Below are positions 1 to 12,456 of a stretch of DNA of 64,000 nucleotides, in pieces. Position numbers and translations under genes: made by a program. The stretch is from NCBI GenBank assembly GCA_026023565.1, contig JAPETS010000011.1, positions 124,001 to 188,000 of the forward strand, written 5' to 3'. Origin of the DNA: Cirrosporium novae-zelandiae. Lineage: Eukaryota. Under the pieces are notes generated by a model that was not told the origin of the DNA, did not search any database, and worked only from the letters and a program-made list of their open reading frames with translations. The first letter of the stretch is position 1; each line of letters opens with the position of its first letter.

Positions 1-1824
1 GGGCTCGGGTTAACGAATGGGGAGGACATGGTCATCAATAAAACTATTCCTGTTAGCTCTACTTTAGTCTTCTGGGTATTTGGTAGCAAGTCAGTCAAAG
101 TAAACCAACTTTTTAGACATCATTTCGGTACGGATCATGAGCCTGTTTGGATCGGGCGATAAGATAAGACAAATGGCTAAAAAATAAGTTGACGTTCTTC
201 CTAAGGATACCTACCTACCTACCTAGTTAGGTAGATATACTTAGGTAATTATGCCTGTTATCCAGCCAGCCGTTAGTGGACCGATTCATATCTTATGAGA
301 AAAACATGTTCGTAGAGCCTAGCATCATGATTCGCTACTCTCGTTAAATAGCATTATTTCCCCCAGGACTATTGCTGTCCACTATGCCGTGTTGTGCAAA
401 AATGCATTTCGCGCCATGAATATCAAAATTGCGTGCTTCGTTCTGGGGAGAGTGAAGGTATATATATTGGTTGCTCTTCTCTCATTCTCAATTGCTGACC
501 ATTTTTGCTTTTTTGTATTTTTTATCTGTTAAGTTGGACTCTTCAGCTTACCCCAAAGGTGAGCTAACCTGATCTCCCAATTAGAAGACTAGAAGACCAA
601 CCACGATGGATATACGAATATACATGTTTCTCTCCTTGGTCAGTGATATGATCACGGCGGTCGGCATAATAGCACCGACTTCCCTACCCATATCAATTCG
701 CGCAAGCTTATATTGATACCGAAAGGCCGAGCGGACGAGCTCATGTTGAATTACTCAAAGATGACTGGATTTTTAGTCTTATGGTGATCGACAGATAAGG
801 TGTAACACGATGACCTGGGCAGATGATTCTTTCTCTACAGCACGTCAGCGTCCCCATTTTCCTGCCCAAATATACCTCTCCTATCCTATATAGCGGAGCC
901 CGAAACCCCTGTGGAGGACGACAGTCCGAGATGACAGCGGTAAAAAAATTACTGCTCAGCCTGAACTTCTAGTTCTTCCGACTTCGAGGGTTAATGATCG
1001 TTTTCGGGCTTTTTAAGAGCCGATATCGCCGCCTGCGTTCTCCTTTTATACAACATCCAGCTTCGGCACGGGGTCTATCCTCCGAGGATCATATCAATAT
1101 CCTAAACCTTGATTGCATTTGCTCTCCAATGTCGATAGGTCATCTTGAAGGATATCGATCAGAGTTGTCAATGGGATCATTCATGCCACCTTGAAGAATT
1201 GCTACCCTGGCGCCATGAAAAACCTGGATTTACCAAGTAATTGATCCTCCATCATCGATTCCACCATCGGTCAATGTGCCAACGATTATTTCAAATTATT
1301 TCAAATCTCGCTGTAGCAAACGTGATGCCCCCATTCTCACGGTCCCCAAATCCTCGCAACTCATTAGTCATAGAGCCCTACCCGCATTAGTTTAGTTAGT
1401 GGATGGGAAGATCCAACAGAAATAAACCAAACCAAGTTTTCCACACGCAACTTGGATGCTATTGGAAACAAATGCTTATGGATATTCGGCCCCCCATCTC
1501 CACGGTCACCAATCGTTAATCTAGCTTGGATGGGAGGTTATCATCTTACCTCATACTCCCAGTTCAGAGACTCTAACCGACTATCGAAGATCATAGTTAC
1601 TCCCATTATGATTCCTATTCTGAATAATGTTGGTTTCAAAATGATGACCTGGAAGCTCAACTTGGCCCTAGTTCCATGTTCCCACCAGACCAGGGTTTAA
1701 CTGGGCTTTTATATATTCTGCAGCTCTCTCTGCAAGACTTTCCGAAAATGCATATTATCATTCTTTCTCCTACTCACTTTCCATCCGAAATCTCTTACCT
1801 ATTCAAAAAGAAAACGCTTCAGCC

Positions 1825-2842
1825 ATGTCTTCAACAGGTCCAAGGCTTATCGATCGTGAAACCGGCACACGCACAAAGCCTATGAAAGTCCTTGTTTTAG
1901 GGATGTGTCGAACCGGAACGCTCTGTATGCCACCAGCATATTCACCTTTCCTATTACAATTCCACTTTTGCGGAGTCCTCCTTGCTCCTATCTCAACTAA
2001 CTTCCCTCACAAGCTATATATACGGCTCTTCAGAAACTCGGATACACACCTTACCATATGGTCGAGGCCCTCAACCCCCCTCAGAAATTCGACGTCTGGA
2101 GTGAATGTTTATTGGCATCACATAAGGGCCAAGGAAAAGTATGGGGCAAAGAAGAGTTTGATAAGTTGCTCGGAAATTATGATGTATGTAGATGAACGAG
2201 TCTCATAATCAAGGGAAAGGCACCGTGCTATAGTTACTCCCACTCTGTTACTCCCAATAGTCTAAACTAACAAGTCCCCTTCCTCCAATTTAGGCTGTCG
2301 CCGACGTTCCTTGTTGCCTCCTGGTCTCCGAGCTTACGTCCGCCTATCCTGATGCAAAAGTTATCCTAACCACACGTCCCGTCGACAAATGGATTACGTC
2401 GATGCAAAATACGGCGATTGCAATGATACGCTGGCGCTCCTTGAAGATTCTCCGGTACATGGATAGCGAGTTCATCGGTCCATTCTATCGCTACGTATTA
2501 ATCGTCTTGGAAATTGTGTGTGGCACCCCAAATCAACGTGAATGGGGTGGTCCCAAGATGCGAAAGGAATTTTTGGATCATAACGACCGGGTCCGGGCAA
2601 TTGTACCAAAAGAGAATTTGTTGGAGTTTGCACCGCCTTATGGGTGGGAGCCGCTTTGTGAGTTCCTAGGGCAACCTATACCAGAGGGGCCATATCCCAG
2701 GACCAACGATAAGGACCATTTTAGCAAGAAAAGCGCGGGAATGAGGAACCGAGTTCTCGGGAGACTAGTTAAGAATTTTATGATAGCGCTATCGCCTGTA
2801 TTTGTTGCTATGGCTGGATACTTTTTCTATTACCGGGTGTGA
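1825..2842 (+). CDS. Sulfotransferase-like P-loop protein (fungal Sulfotransfer_4-type) with C-terminal transmembrane anchor
   Basis: 3 exons (~1825-1924, 2014-2183, 2294-2842) with GT..CTAAC..AG introns. Spliced motifs MKVLVLGMCRTGT, LGYTPYHM, DVPC, YPDAKVILTTRP, VPKENLLEF, GWEPLCEFLG.P.PEGPYPRTND; hydrophobic tail FMIALSPVFVAMAGYFFY. Confidence 0.85.
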
Positions 2843-4418
2843 CGGTGAGGTATTGGTATGACATTTCGGACCAGTCTCTCTTTGCTTGAACATCATGAAT
2901 CTCACTTTCCCTTGGGGTCGAATATACTCTTATGCACTGATTCCTGTGATATTACAATGTACCTCCAAGAAGTCTTTGGTATTTTATCCCGACCTCAACA
3001 CAATAGAATAAGATGATGACTTGATGTTCGTATGTGCAGCCCCTTTTGGATATAATGCTCTGAAGAAGTCATAGAGACACGCGAGCACTGTCAACTCGAT
3101 ACTGAAAACTTCTTAGCACTAAGGGGGTCGGATGACTTCAAAGACGTTTTAGATTCTTCGGTTAACGTCCACTGTTTATTTATGCATGATACACTTTATA
3201 GTTTTTATTGATAACGGATTGAATTGAAAACGCTAAGGTGTTTTTACGGACAGCTCTGCGTGCTCTAACGATGACTAGAACATCTGCAGGTACTATTACG
3301 GAGAAAAATGAAATTAGAACACCAACCCGCCGCAACGTCGTTTGCTTGACTACATAGCCATCCAAGGAAAGACCGTGGAAATAATGCGCGGGACACTATT
3401 GTATTAACTAATCCTCATACTAATTATGCTCTTTATACACTCGTATTCTAAGATTCGAATGATTGGGCTTTCAAGTAAGTTGCGAGATGCTATATTGGCG
3501 AACCTCGTGATGCTTTTCTAATTTGGGGAATATGCGGGAGCAATATTGTTGACCTATTGCAGCACCTTTTGAATAGCAGTCTAGGACAGACAAGGTATCA
3601 ATAAAATCGGAGAGGGTGATACGCCCTTGACAAAACATTTAACTGCTTCTTGTCTGTACTGGTGTACCTCAATATGCCTATTACATCCATTTCGAAGTAG
3701 ATATATTGGCCCCTATATTTTTGCACCTAAGTACCTAGATAATCTATGGGGGTAGTGGATTTCTGGAATCAAGATTAGTTCAACCAATAACATTAAACAC
3801 TAACAAGGGAGGTGTCAGCAAGTACAAGGCTATTGATACTGGAAAATGGAAAGCGATGGCGACGGCAGGGAATCATAGGTATAAGCTTTCTGGCATCCCA
3901 GCATCTAGGTGGGGTGCGAGAGCATGGCAGAAGGAGGGAAATTCCAAATATGTCAAATGGCTTGAATTTAAATATAATGATAATTTGTGGTGGTTGGCTA
4001 CTCGAGATACGTTTCAACGTCTTTTCTGGTGTTGTCTGCCCCCCACAACCGCTCGGATTTCGCTTATGCAACATTTCCTGCAATATCCCCTGAAGGGCGT
4101 GCCTTTAACATTGAACCCATGCATAATCCCAGGAGATAAGCATATCTTCATTCGACATGTCTGCAAACCGAGGAGAAACCACACTCCAACATTTACAAAG
4201 TTTCCTGATGGTGTTCTATGACCACTGTCAGCACGTAACCCCAAATGGTATCGATGGAGTATCATTGGTCTTCTCCTATCTCGTACAATCCACTTGTCCT
4301 GCAGAATTGGCTGTATTTGCTTCTGAAATTATCCTAGTTGGACATGTCCTACTTTAATGGTTTCCTGCAGAATGGAGGCGTTCGACGTGGCAGCATCAGT
4401 TTTCAGGAAGCATGGAGG

Positions 4419-4426
4419 TATAAATA
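4419..4426 (+). promoter_or_regulatory. Putative TATA box of the P450 gene
   Basis: TATAAATA about 80 nt upstream of the ATG at 4501. Confidence 0.5.
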
Positions 4427-4500
4427 CCAGTCTGGCATCTGTTCATACTTTCCACTTTATCTCTGCTTGAATAATAGCGAGACCTATTAGTTCACAGAAA

Positions 4501-6371
4501 ATGGAAATCTTATGGTTTCCCCAAGATGTCCATGCCCCATCATTTCTTCCATCTTCCCAAATACTTGCTCCCCTTGTTTTAGTCTCCCTAGTTATCTTCT
4601 ATATCCTCATCTCCATCAAATCCTGGTATCGCCTCCGTCACATCAAAGGGCCATGGCTCGGTTCAATTTCTTCCCTTTTCATGATCAAGACTGCAAGCTC
4701 GGGGAGGATGGGTGAAATATACTGGGAAACCTGTAAGAAGTACGGTAAGCGGCGATAGTTCCTAATCTACAGATATCTTTTTTATAATACTGATACGGAA
4801 TTTGTATTATGTAGGTCCTCTAACTCGTATAGGCCCGGATGTTCTCATGACCACTGACCCTAATATCCTGCGTCATATGAACCGTGCTCGCACAGATTAC
4901 TCACGAGGAGACTGGTACCTGAGCATGCGCTTGAACCCTTATATCGACAGTGTTCTTTCCGCCATGGACACGGCGCATCATGACCGCCTTCGCAGCCAGA
5001 TGACCGCGGGTGTACGTTTGACCTCCCGGCTGCGCTTAGTGATCCGTCATTGACAGATATATCTCCAGTACGCAGGGAAAGAGAACCCGACCCTCGAACC
5101 AAGCATAGACGAGCAGATACTAGAGCTCATCTCCCTGATCGAGCGGAAGTACCTCTCGTCCGGTAGCACCCTACGACCATTTGACTTTGCAACCGAGGCC
5201 CAGTATCTAACCCTCGATGTCATCACCAAGCTCTCGTATGGCTATGCATTTGGCTATTTGAAAAAGGAGGAGGATATCCATGGATACATTGAGAATATGG
5301 AGAACCTCATTCAGTTCATCTGCATCTCGGGAGTATTCCCACCGCTTGTAAAGTTTATCAGACTCGGACCTATTCAGAAACTATTCGGTCCAAGCGTAAA
5401 TGACTCCAAAGGAGCAGGCCGTCTAATGCGGTACGCACCTCCCCTTCTCCCTTCCTCCCTTCCCCCCCTTTCCTCCCCACATCACGACCCCTCACCCCAA
5501 GAATGCAACCCCTCCTAACAAACACAACCCCCCCCCCAGCATCGCCCACGAAATCGTCAGCGCACGCTACAGCTCCACCAAGCCCCCGCAAAAAGACATG
5601 CTAAACTCTTTCATCTCGCACGGCCTCACCCAACCCGAAGCCGAATCCGAAGTCCTGCTACAAATAGTCGCCGGCTCCGACACCACCTCCACCGCAATCC
5701 GAAGCACATTCCTGCACCTCCTCTCCAGCCCGCCCACCCTATCCCGCTTAATCTCAGAAATCGGCACCGCCCTCGCTTCCACCGAGAAAAATATTTCTCG
5801 CCCCATCATCACATCCTCCGAGGCGCGCACCTTGCCCTACCTCCAAGCCTGCATATCCGAAGGCCTCCGCATCCACCCCCCCTTCACAGGTATAATCCCC
5901 AAAAAAACTCCACCGGCCGGCGACACCCTCAACGGGACTTTCATCCCCGGCAACGTCTCCATCGCCAGCTGCACGTGGGGCGTAACCCGCAACCCGACCA
6001 TCTTCGGCGCCGACGCCGAGACCTTCCGTCCCGAGCGCTGGCTCGATCGCGGAGATGGGTTGGGGTTGAATGATGAGGGGATGAGTATTAAGGAGATGGG
6101 GTGGGTGAAAGATTTGGTTTTTGGGAATGGGAGGTGGGGGTGTTTGGGGAAGGGGGTGGCGCTGGTGGAGCTGGATAAGGTGGTTTTTGAATTGATAGCC
6201 AGGTTTGAGTGGAGGTTGGTCGGGGTAGGAGGGCTGGGATTGGGGTTGGTGGGAGGCGGGGAGGGGTTGGAGAGGCCGTGGAATAGTGTGAATTATAATC
6301 TTTTTATGCAGAGGGAGATGTGGACGAGGGTGGAGAAGAGGGAGGGGACTGGGAGAGAGGGGAGTGAGTGA
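4501..6371 (+). CDS. Cytochrome P450 monooxygenase (pisatin-demethylase-like group)
   Basis: 4 exons (4501-4744, 4815-5011, 5069-5430, 5540-6371). N-terminal TM helix, HIKGP hinge, RIGP, YAGKEN, I-helix AGSDTT, EGLR (ExxR), FRPERW, heme motif FGNGRWGCLG. Confidence 0.95.
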
Positions 6372-6514
6372 GTGAGTGAGTGAGTGAATGAGTGAGTGAA
6401 TGAGTAAGATGGGGATTTGTATTTATGATGATGATGATGATGACGATGACGATGATTCACATCACCGTTCATATGTGTCACCCCCACCTACCTACCCACC
6501 TACCTACCTACCTA
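6362..6514. repeat. Microsatellite cluster (GAGT)n, (GAT/GAC)n, (CCTA)n at the P450 3' end
   Basis: Directly visible tandem repeats; the (GAGT)n tract supplies the P450 stop codon. Confidence 0.9.
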
Positions 6515-7456
6515 GGAGCTATCTATAACGACTATATATCGTAATTATAATAAATACTAGCAAATTGCAAGCAAAAAAGCACAAGATCTTCTTTCCGTAA
6601 ATATTCTTTTTCATTTCCTCCAGTAGAAAAACGAAAGAAAAAAAGGGGGGCGGGGGAGATATATGCACAGTAAATATCTATCTAGGTAAATGGCCATGTA
6701 AGTAAAGAAAAGAACTTGCCCCCCCCCCCCCCCCTTCGCTTTTTTTCTTTTTTTTTTTTGGGGGGGGGGGGGGGGGGGCAAGATCTGTGCGACATGGTAT
6801 ACATTATCACGTGGCACTAATTACATATTCCTAATTTCTAATCCCTCAATCATTAATCCTTAATCCCTCACACCCCCCTTTTTCATTTTAGCTATTTTAT
6901 TTTTATTTTATTTTCATTGATAAATTAATTGGGTGGGGTTGGAAGGGGTAGGCTTGGGGCTTGGGGTTTAGAATATGGAATATGGAAGTGAGTTGGGTTG
7001 GGATGGGTTGGTTGAAGAGGGATTTTTTTGGTGGGGGTATGAATAGTGGGTTGGATTCTTTTTATGATTGATGGTTGATGGTTGATGGTTGACGTAAATA
7101 TAGAATTCCGGATGGGGAAAGTTGGTTGGCTGGTAATTATCTAGGTGAGGGAATATCACACTTTTGCTTTTAGGGATTTGAGGTTTTAGGTAGACTATCT
7201 AATTAATTATTGTGGTTTGAGGATGTGTATGAGTATGTGTATGTGTATGAGTTATTTGTATCTATGAACGAAAGGGAACAAACTTGGAAATCATATCCGT
7301 TTTCATTTCGGCTTGAGGGAGCAAGGGTATGTATATATTATGGTGTGTACTATAGTACATACAGTACAAGTCCCGTAACGGGATCTCATGTTCTTCCATC
7401 ATCAATTCTCCAATCTGGTTCTCCTCCCGTCTCCATCAGCAGCCCCCGTCTCTAAT

Positions 7457-8944
7457 TTAGTCCTGTTTGGTACCATTTCCTACGGGGAGTATTTCGTTTC
7501 CATTGTCCGGTTTCCTCCCTCGCCCGGCCTCGAGATCTCCGCTCGATGGAGTCTTCACCGTATCGCCGTATATCAGGCTCGGCTGGCCATCACCAAAGAA
7601 CGCGTATGCTTCTGTGCCGTGAACGGCTTCGTCGCCAGCGAGTAGGTATTCCTCGGACATGCGGAGGGGGATTCGAAGGACGTATTTGATGAAAATGCAG
7701 ATGAGGGATGTCATGAATAGGTTCAGGCCGATGATGAACAGGCCGCCCACGATTTGAAGCCAAACTTGTTTTCCGTTGCCTTCGATGGCGCCACCGGGAG
7801 TTGTTAGTGCGAATGCGGCCGTTCCTTCGGAGGTTGCGAAGAGGCCGACTAGGAAGCCCCCTAGGTAACCCGCGACGGCGTGGGTATGGAAAACCCCTAG
7901 GGTGTCATCGACAGTTTGGAAGAGCTTTACCTTCTTACCCATAATGTTCATTGATAGCCAGGGAATGCTACCCGAACATGCTCCAATGATGATGGCGCCC
8001 CACCCCGCAACCACGCCGGCACAAGGGGTGATAGCGACAAGACCAGTAACCATACCGTTGATGATGCCCTCAACTAGGGGCTTCTTGAAGAAGGCCATAT
8101 CCATGAGCATCCAAACTAGAGTACTCATGGCAGTGCAGATGTTGGTATTTAGGACTGCTGCACCAGCATCCGGACTGGCCATGTACGGGTCACCTCCGTT
8201 GAAACCGTTCCAGCCAAGCCAGACGAGACCTGCTCCTGCCAAAGCAATGACAAGGTTGTTTGGTCGGAAATCCTCACGGTCTTTTGGTAGTCTGGGTCCC
8301 ACCCAGGCTGCAGCAGTCCTGGAGATCGCATGGTTAGCTATCACCTTTTACAGACGAGAAAAGTGTGTTTACCAGCCCGCAATGCCTGACGAGAGGTGAA
8401 TCACATAACCACCAGAGTAATCGATAACACCTCTTTGAAATAGAAAGCCACCCCCCCAGAGACTGAACGCGCCCACGGTGTAAGAGAAGGTCAACCAGAG
8501 AGGCACGAAAACCATCCAGGCGAGGAAGTTCATGCGACCGAGTAGAGCACCTGCCAAGATAACTTGAGTGATGGCTGCAAATACGAACTGGAAATATACC
8601 ATTGTCGACAAGGGATAGTTGGCGCTGATATCTGCAGTAGGCAAAATTGCTTGCTTGAGTTCATAATGCATCGTCACCACTGGACCCGGAGTGCCGAGCA
8701 GAGGAAAGGAGCCCCATTGCTCTCCAAAGCCCATTTTATAGGCCCAGATAACCCAGCAAATGAGGATGGCGGAAAAAGCATACCAAACCATAAAGGCGGC
8801 GTTGAGTGCCCATTTCTTCTTGACCAAGCCAGCATACAATATGACAAAGCCGGGGATGCTCTGGAGACCGACCAAACTGGCGGCCGTGAGCTGCCATGCA
8901 TTGTCGCCTGTGTCAAGCCAGGTTGGATCTGTTGGGTCAGACAT
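7457..8944 (-). CDS. Ammonium transporter (Amt/MEP family; AMT2/MEP-alpha-like)
   Basis: 2 exons, intron 8319-8372. Motifs [69 protein letters not shown]; both pore histidines present. Confidence 0.97.
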
Positions 8945-9280
8945 GTTGAAATAAGCTCACTTGATGTACGAAATCGTTAAACGTGGCAGAAGCCAAGCTG
9001 TGGGGAAGGTGGAGCTGCCCAGAAATATTAGGAGCCGTGAGAACTGTGTAAAGACTATATAGTGAAGCTGGAACGGCAATGATTCAACGTCATTTCTATT
9101 AGCTAGCCTGGCAAGCATTTGTTGAAGATACACATAAAAGGTCCTTGGTGCCTCGCTTGAATCCTTTGATTAGTGGCACCATAGGTTCACAATTCTAATT
9201 CGTATGCGTAAATCGGCCATAATATTCAATGATACTTTCCATAGTAGATCGGTAGACATTCCAAAGAACATTGTGAATGT

Positions 9281-9878
9281 CTTATCTCTGGTTGGGGCCA
9301 CGTCCAATCAACAGCAGTGGATGTTGGAAAGGCTTGTGGTTCTTATCAGTCTCAGTTCAGGGTTTATTTCAACTCTTCTGGTGATTGGATACATGGCGCC
9401 AATGAACGCCAATGAACGCCAATGGACTTCCCGTTCCTTCATAATAAAGGGTAAGTCTTATCAAACTCTGCTTTTGGGTTCTGCAATCCCCAAACTTGAG
9501 GAGGGGCTCTGAAAGTTGGGAACACGAGCAGGATGGTAGATGAGACAAATAGGATTTGAATACAGGCATATATTGACGGGAGAACGAATCAGAGTATCAC
9601 GATAGTGGCTATTATTGATTATTCTGCTCGGATATTTGACGGATTTGGTATCACTTATACTTGTCATGAGAGTGTAATGTGTAGTCTAACGCTCAATCTT
9701 CGGAATAAAGAAAGTCCTGTCTTTCTGAGCCAAGTCCACGTGACTACACTACTGTGGTTTCTGTTAAGGATCTCGGAAGATGCCGTGCCAAGACTAGATA
9801 GTATAACTAGAATATTTTGGATAAATTTAATAAAGAACCATACACAAAATCACACTACGTACTCCATATATTCACGTG
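9281..9878. promoter_or_regulatory. Divergent amt/MFS promoter with GATA, CCAAT and CACGTG sites
   Basis: CTTATC (GATAAG on the amt strand) at 9281, 9342, 9457; CGCCAAT three times at 9397/9407/9417; CACGTGAC at 9737 and 9873. Confidence 0.45.
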
Positions 9879-10215
9879 ACCTCGGCATAATTAATGTTGT
9901 GTTATCTTCTATCCCCTGTACGTGTGCCTAGAAACTTCCCAAATGGAGACAAGTTATGCGGATGAAACCGACGGATGGTGACGTCGTCCCTGGCAGATCC
10001 CGGCTGCGGCTTCTGCTACATTCGCATAGCTCTTACTTGGTACAAGTATCACAGTCGTTTCTCACCACTCACGGTCAAAGCTTCATTCCCATAATCAGTA
10101 ACATTATTCAGCATCCTCAAAATGTCCCGCTGCATCTCCCCCTTTAAAACCTTTCTTGGAATGCCACTATTTTCATCTTCAACATCTTCGACAGTCGCTA
10201 TTTATTTAATGAACA

Positions 10216-12167
10216 ATGGTTGAATCTGATAGACCTTCCATCGAGTCTGAAACTTCCCCGTTACTTCGATCTAAGAGCTCGAATACGGAAGATCTTCGGG
10301 ATCAATCAAGCCAATCTGTTTCTACCCGCCAGGCTGTTGCCATTGCCTTGTCCCTGGGCATCTTGACCTTTCTTCAAGGTCGATATCCCCGGTCTGATAA
10401 GTAGATGGCTAGTAAACTAATGCGCCTTGCAGCTAGCAATGTTTCTTTACTCACCACAACGCAATCTTCTATCGCCAGAGACCTTAATGCCTTCCGCAAT
10501 GTCAGCTGGTTTGCATCCGCGTATCTTGTATCATCGGCCCCTTTCCTGCAAATGTAGAGGCATTTTTGAGGACGAAAGCTTATATTCTGAAAGATTTCAA
10601 TGTCTAGCATAACCTCTCTCGCGGGTCGACTCTGCCAAATATTCTCGCCCCGGATATATATATTTGTCTCGAGCATGATATTTGCATTTGGATCGCTTTT
10701 CACATCACAAGCGCGGGGTTTGCCAGTCTTTCTGATTGGACGTGTGATAAGTGGGATTGGTGCCGCCGGTGTCTTTGCCGTTTCGTTCATACTGGTACTG
10801 GAGCTCACGAGCAAAAAACGCAGAGGCTTATTCATAGGACTCTTGAACTCAGGATATACGGCTGGTGTTTCTTTAGGAGCGGTTATAGCTGGTGCTCTTG
10901 AGCCTGCAACTGGCTGGGTAGGAGTCAATTCCCTTGTCCTTGAGTCAGCTACCCTGACTCTTCTCCGCAGAGAGCCGTGTTCTGGATTCAATCCCCATTG
11001 GCTTTGGTAGCTGGGATGGGTATATTATTTGCAATTCCAAAGACGTTTGTTACGGGACCGAGTGGCCCTGATAAACGATCCTTGAGAAAACGGCTTGCAA
11101 AGATCGATTATCTGGGAATGATTACACTAGTGAGCAGCTCCTGAAATTCTAATATCACCAGAACATTACGACTAACTGAAGTAACAAGACAACCTCAATT
11201 ATCCTGCTACTCTTCAGCTTGGCTGAACCTAGGATACTCATGACTCCAATTGTTGTTTCACTCGTATCCTTTATTCTCTTTCTCATGGTCGAATCTTACT
11301 ATGCCATGGAACCCGTCATTCCAATCAAATTACTTAAATCGCGGGGACCCCTGTTCACGTGTTTTGCTGTAATGGGTTTTATGACAGCTCGCTTTGCAGT
11401 CCTCTTCTATACCCCGGTATATGCTATTGCCATCCGGGATTGGTCACCTGCTTCTGCTGGTTTAATATTAATCCCAACCAATGTCGGTGTTGCTTTGGGA
11501 ACCATCCTTGCTGGATTCCTTCATATACGTAGAGCTGGTAGCTTTTACATGTGAGTTACCTCCTGGAAACCGCTGCTGCAAGGTGTTGACAATATTCAGA
11601 TCATGTATCAGCGTATTTATCCTTTACACTGCATCACTAGCGGTGCTCTCACGACTGTCAACTCCAGATACTTCTGTAGCCAGCTACATCCTAGCTACAT
11701 TTACGAATGGTTTCATGACCGGCGCAGCTTTGAACTATACGCTGGCCCATGCTCTTCATTTGACTGTTGTCCAGTCTCACATCATTGTTACCCCACTAAT
11801 TTCTACGTTTCGCAGTTTTTCTGGGGGGTTTGGATCAGCAATCTGGGGAGGGGTGTTTTCCCGCGTATTAAAGTCTAGCCTTGAGAACGGTTTCAGGGAT
11901 CGAGGACTATCTGGGAAAGGAATGTTGATCAGAGAGCTCTTAGGAAGCCCAGCTACGGTCGGAAGACTTGTTGGAGAAGAGCGAGAAGTTGCTCTTGAAG
12001 GCTATACAACTACTCTCCAAGTTGTCTTTCTAGGCGCATGTGGGTTAGCATTGGCTATGACCATAGTGCAGGCCGGAACCGGATGGACAGCACCTGATCC
12101 AGAAGAAGATGACAGTGAAGACGATTTCCCATCAGTGGATACGCCTCGACAGGACATTGAAACGTGA
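10216..12167 (+). CDS. MFS transporter (DHA2/Vba-like multi-TM drug:H+ antiporter group)
   Basis: Multi-exon gene. N-terminal SETSPLL (dileucine-like sorting motif), LAGRLCQIF, GRVISGIGAAG, RRGLFIG, IDYLG, EPVIPIKLL, STFRSF.G.FG, VQAGTGW. Confidence 0.9.
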
Positions 12168-12456
12168 TTTCAAGGCTCTAAGTACATTATGTCGACAAAT
12201 ACCAACTAACCCATTTCATAGAGAGTAGACTAGACGATATTATATGAAAAGATTTCTAACCTGTCGAACACCGGAGTCGCGCTTTCCAGTCACATAGCTA
12301 TTTTCCAGAGGTAAAACTTCCGTATCCACGGCAGCTCTGTTTTATTTCTTCAAGCCATGTAACACTGCACATGTCTAGTCTCAAACATTTCCTTCTTGAC
12401 AAACCCCATCTAACCACACATCACCGCGTCTCCCATCCCCAGTCCGATTTGTTTCA

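Noticed and set aside
994..1700. Short ORFs upstream of the sulfotransferase-like gene
   Set aside because: No recognisable motifs or splice structure; stops in alternative frames. At most a decayed remnant.
3180..4357. Several overlapping 60-120 aa ORFs between the sulfotransferase-like gene and the P450
   Set aside because: No identifiable domain; a pseudogene cannot be supported without a search.
6293..6817. His-rich and Pro/Lys/Gly-rich ORFs
   Set aside because: Translations of microsatellites and homopolymer runs.
7902..8980. Plus-strand ORFs overlapping amt (and 10374-10991 opposite the MFS gene)
   Set aside because: Antisense shadows of real genes.
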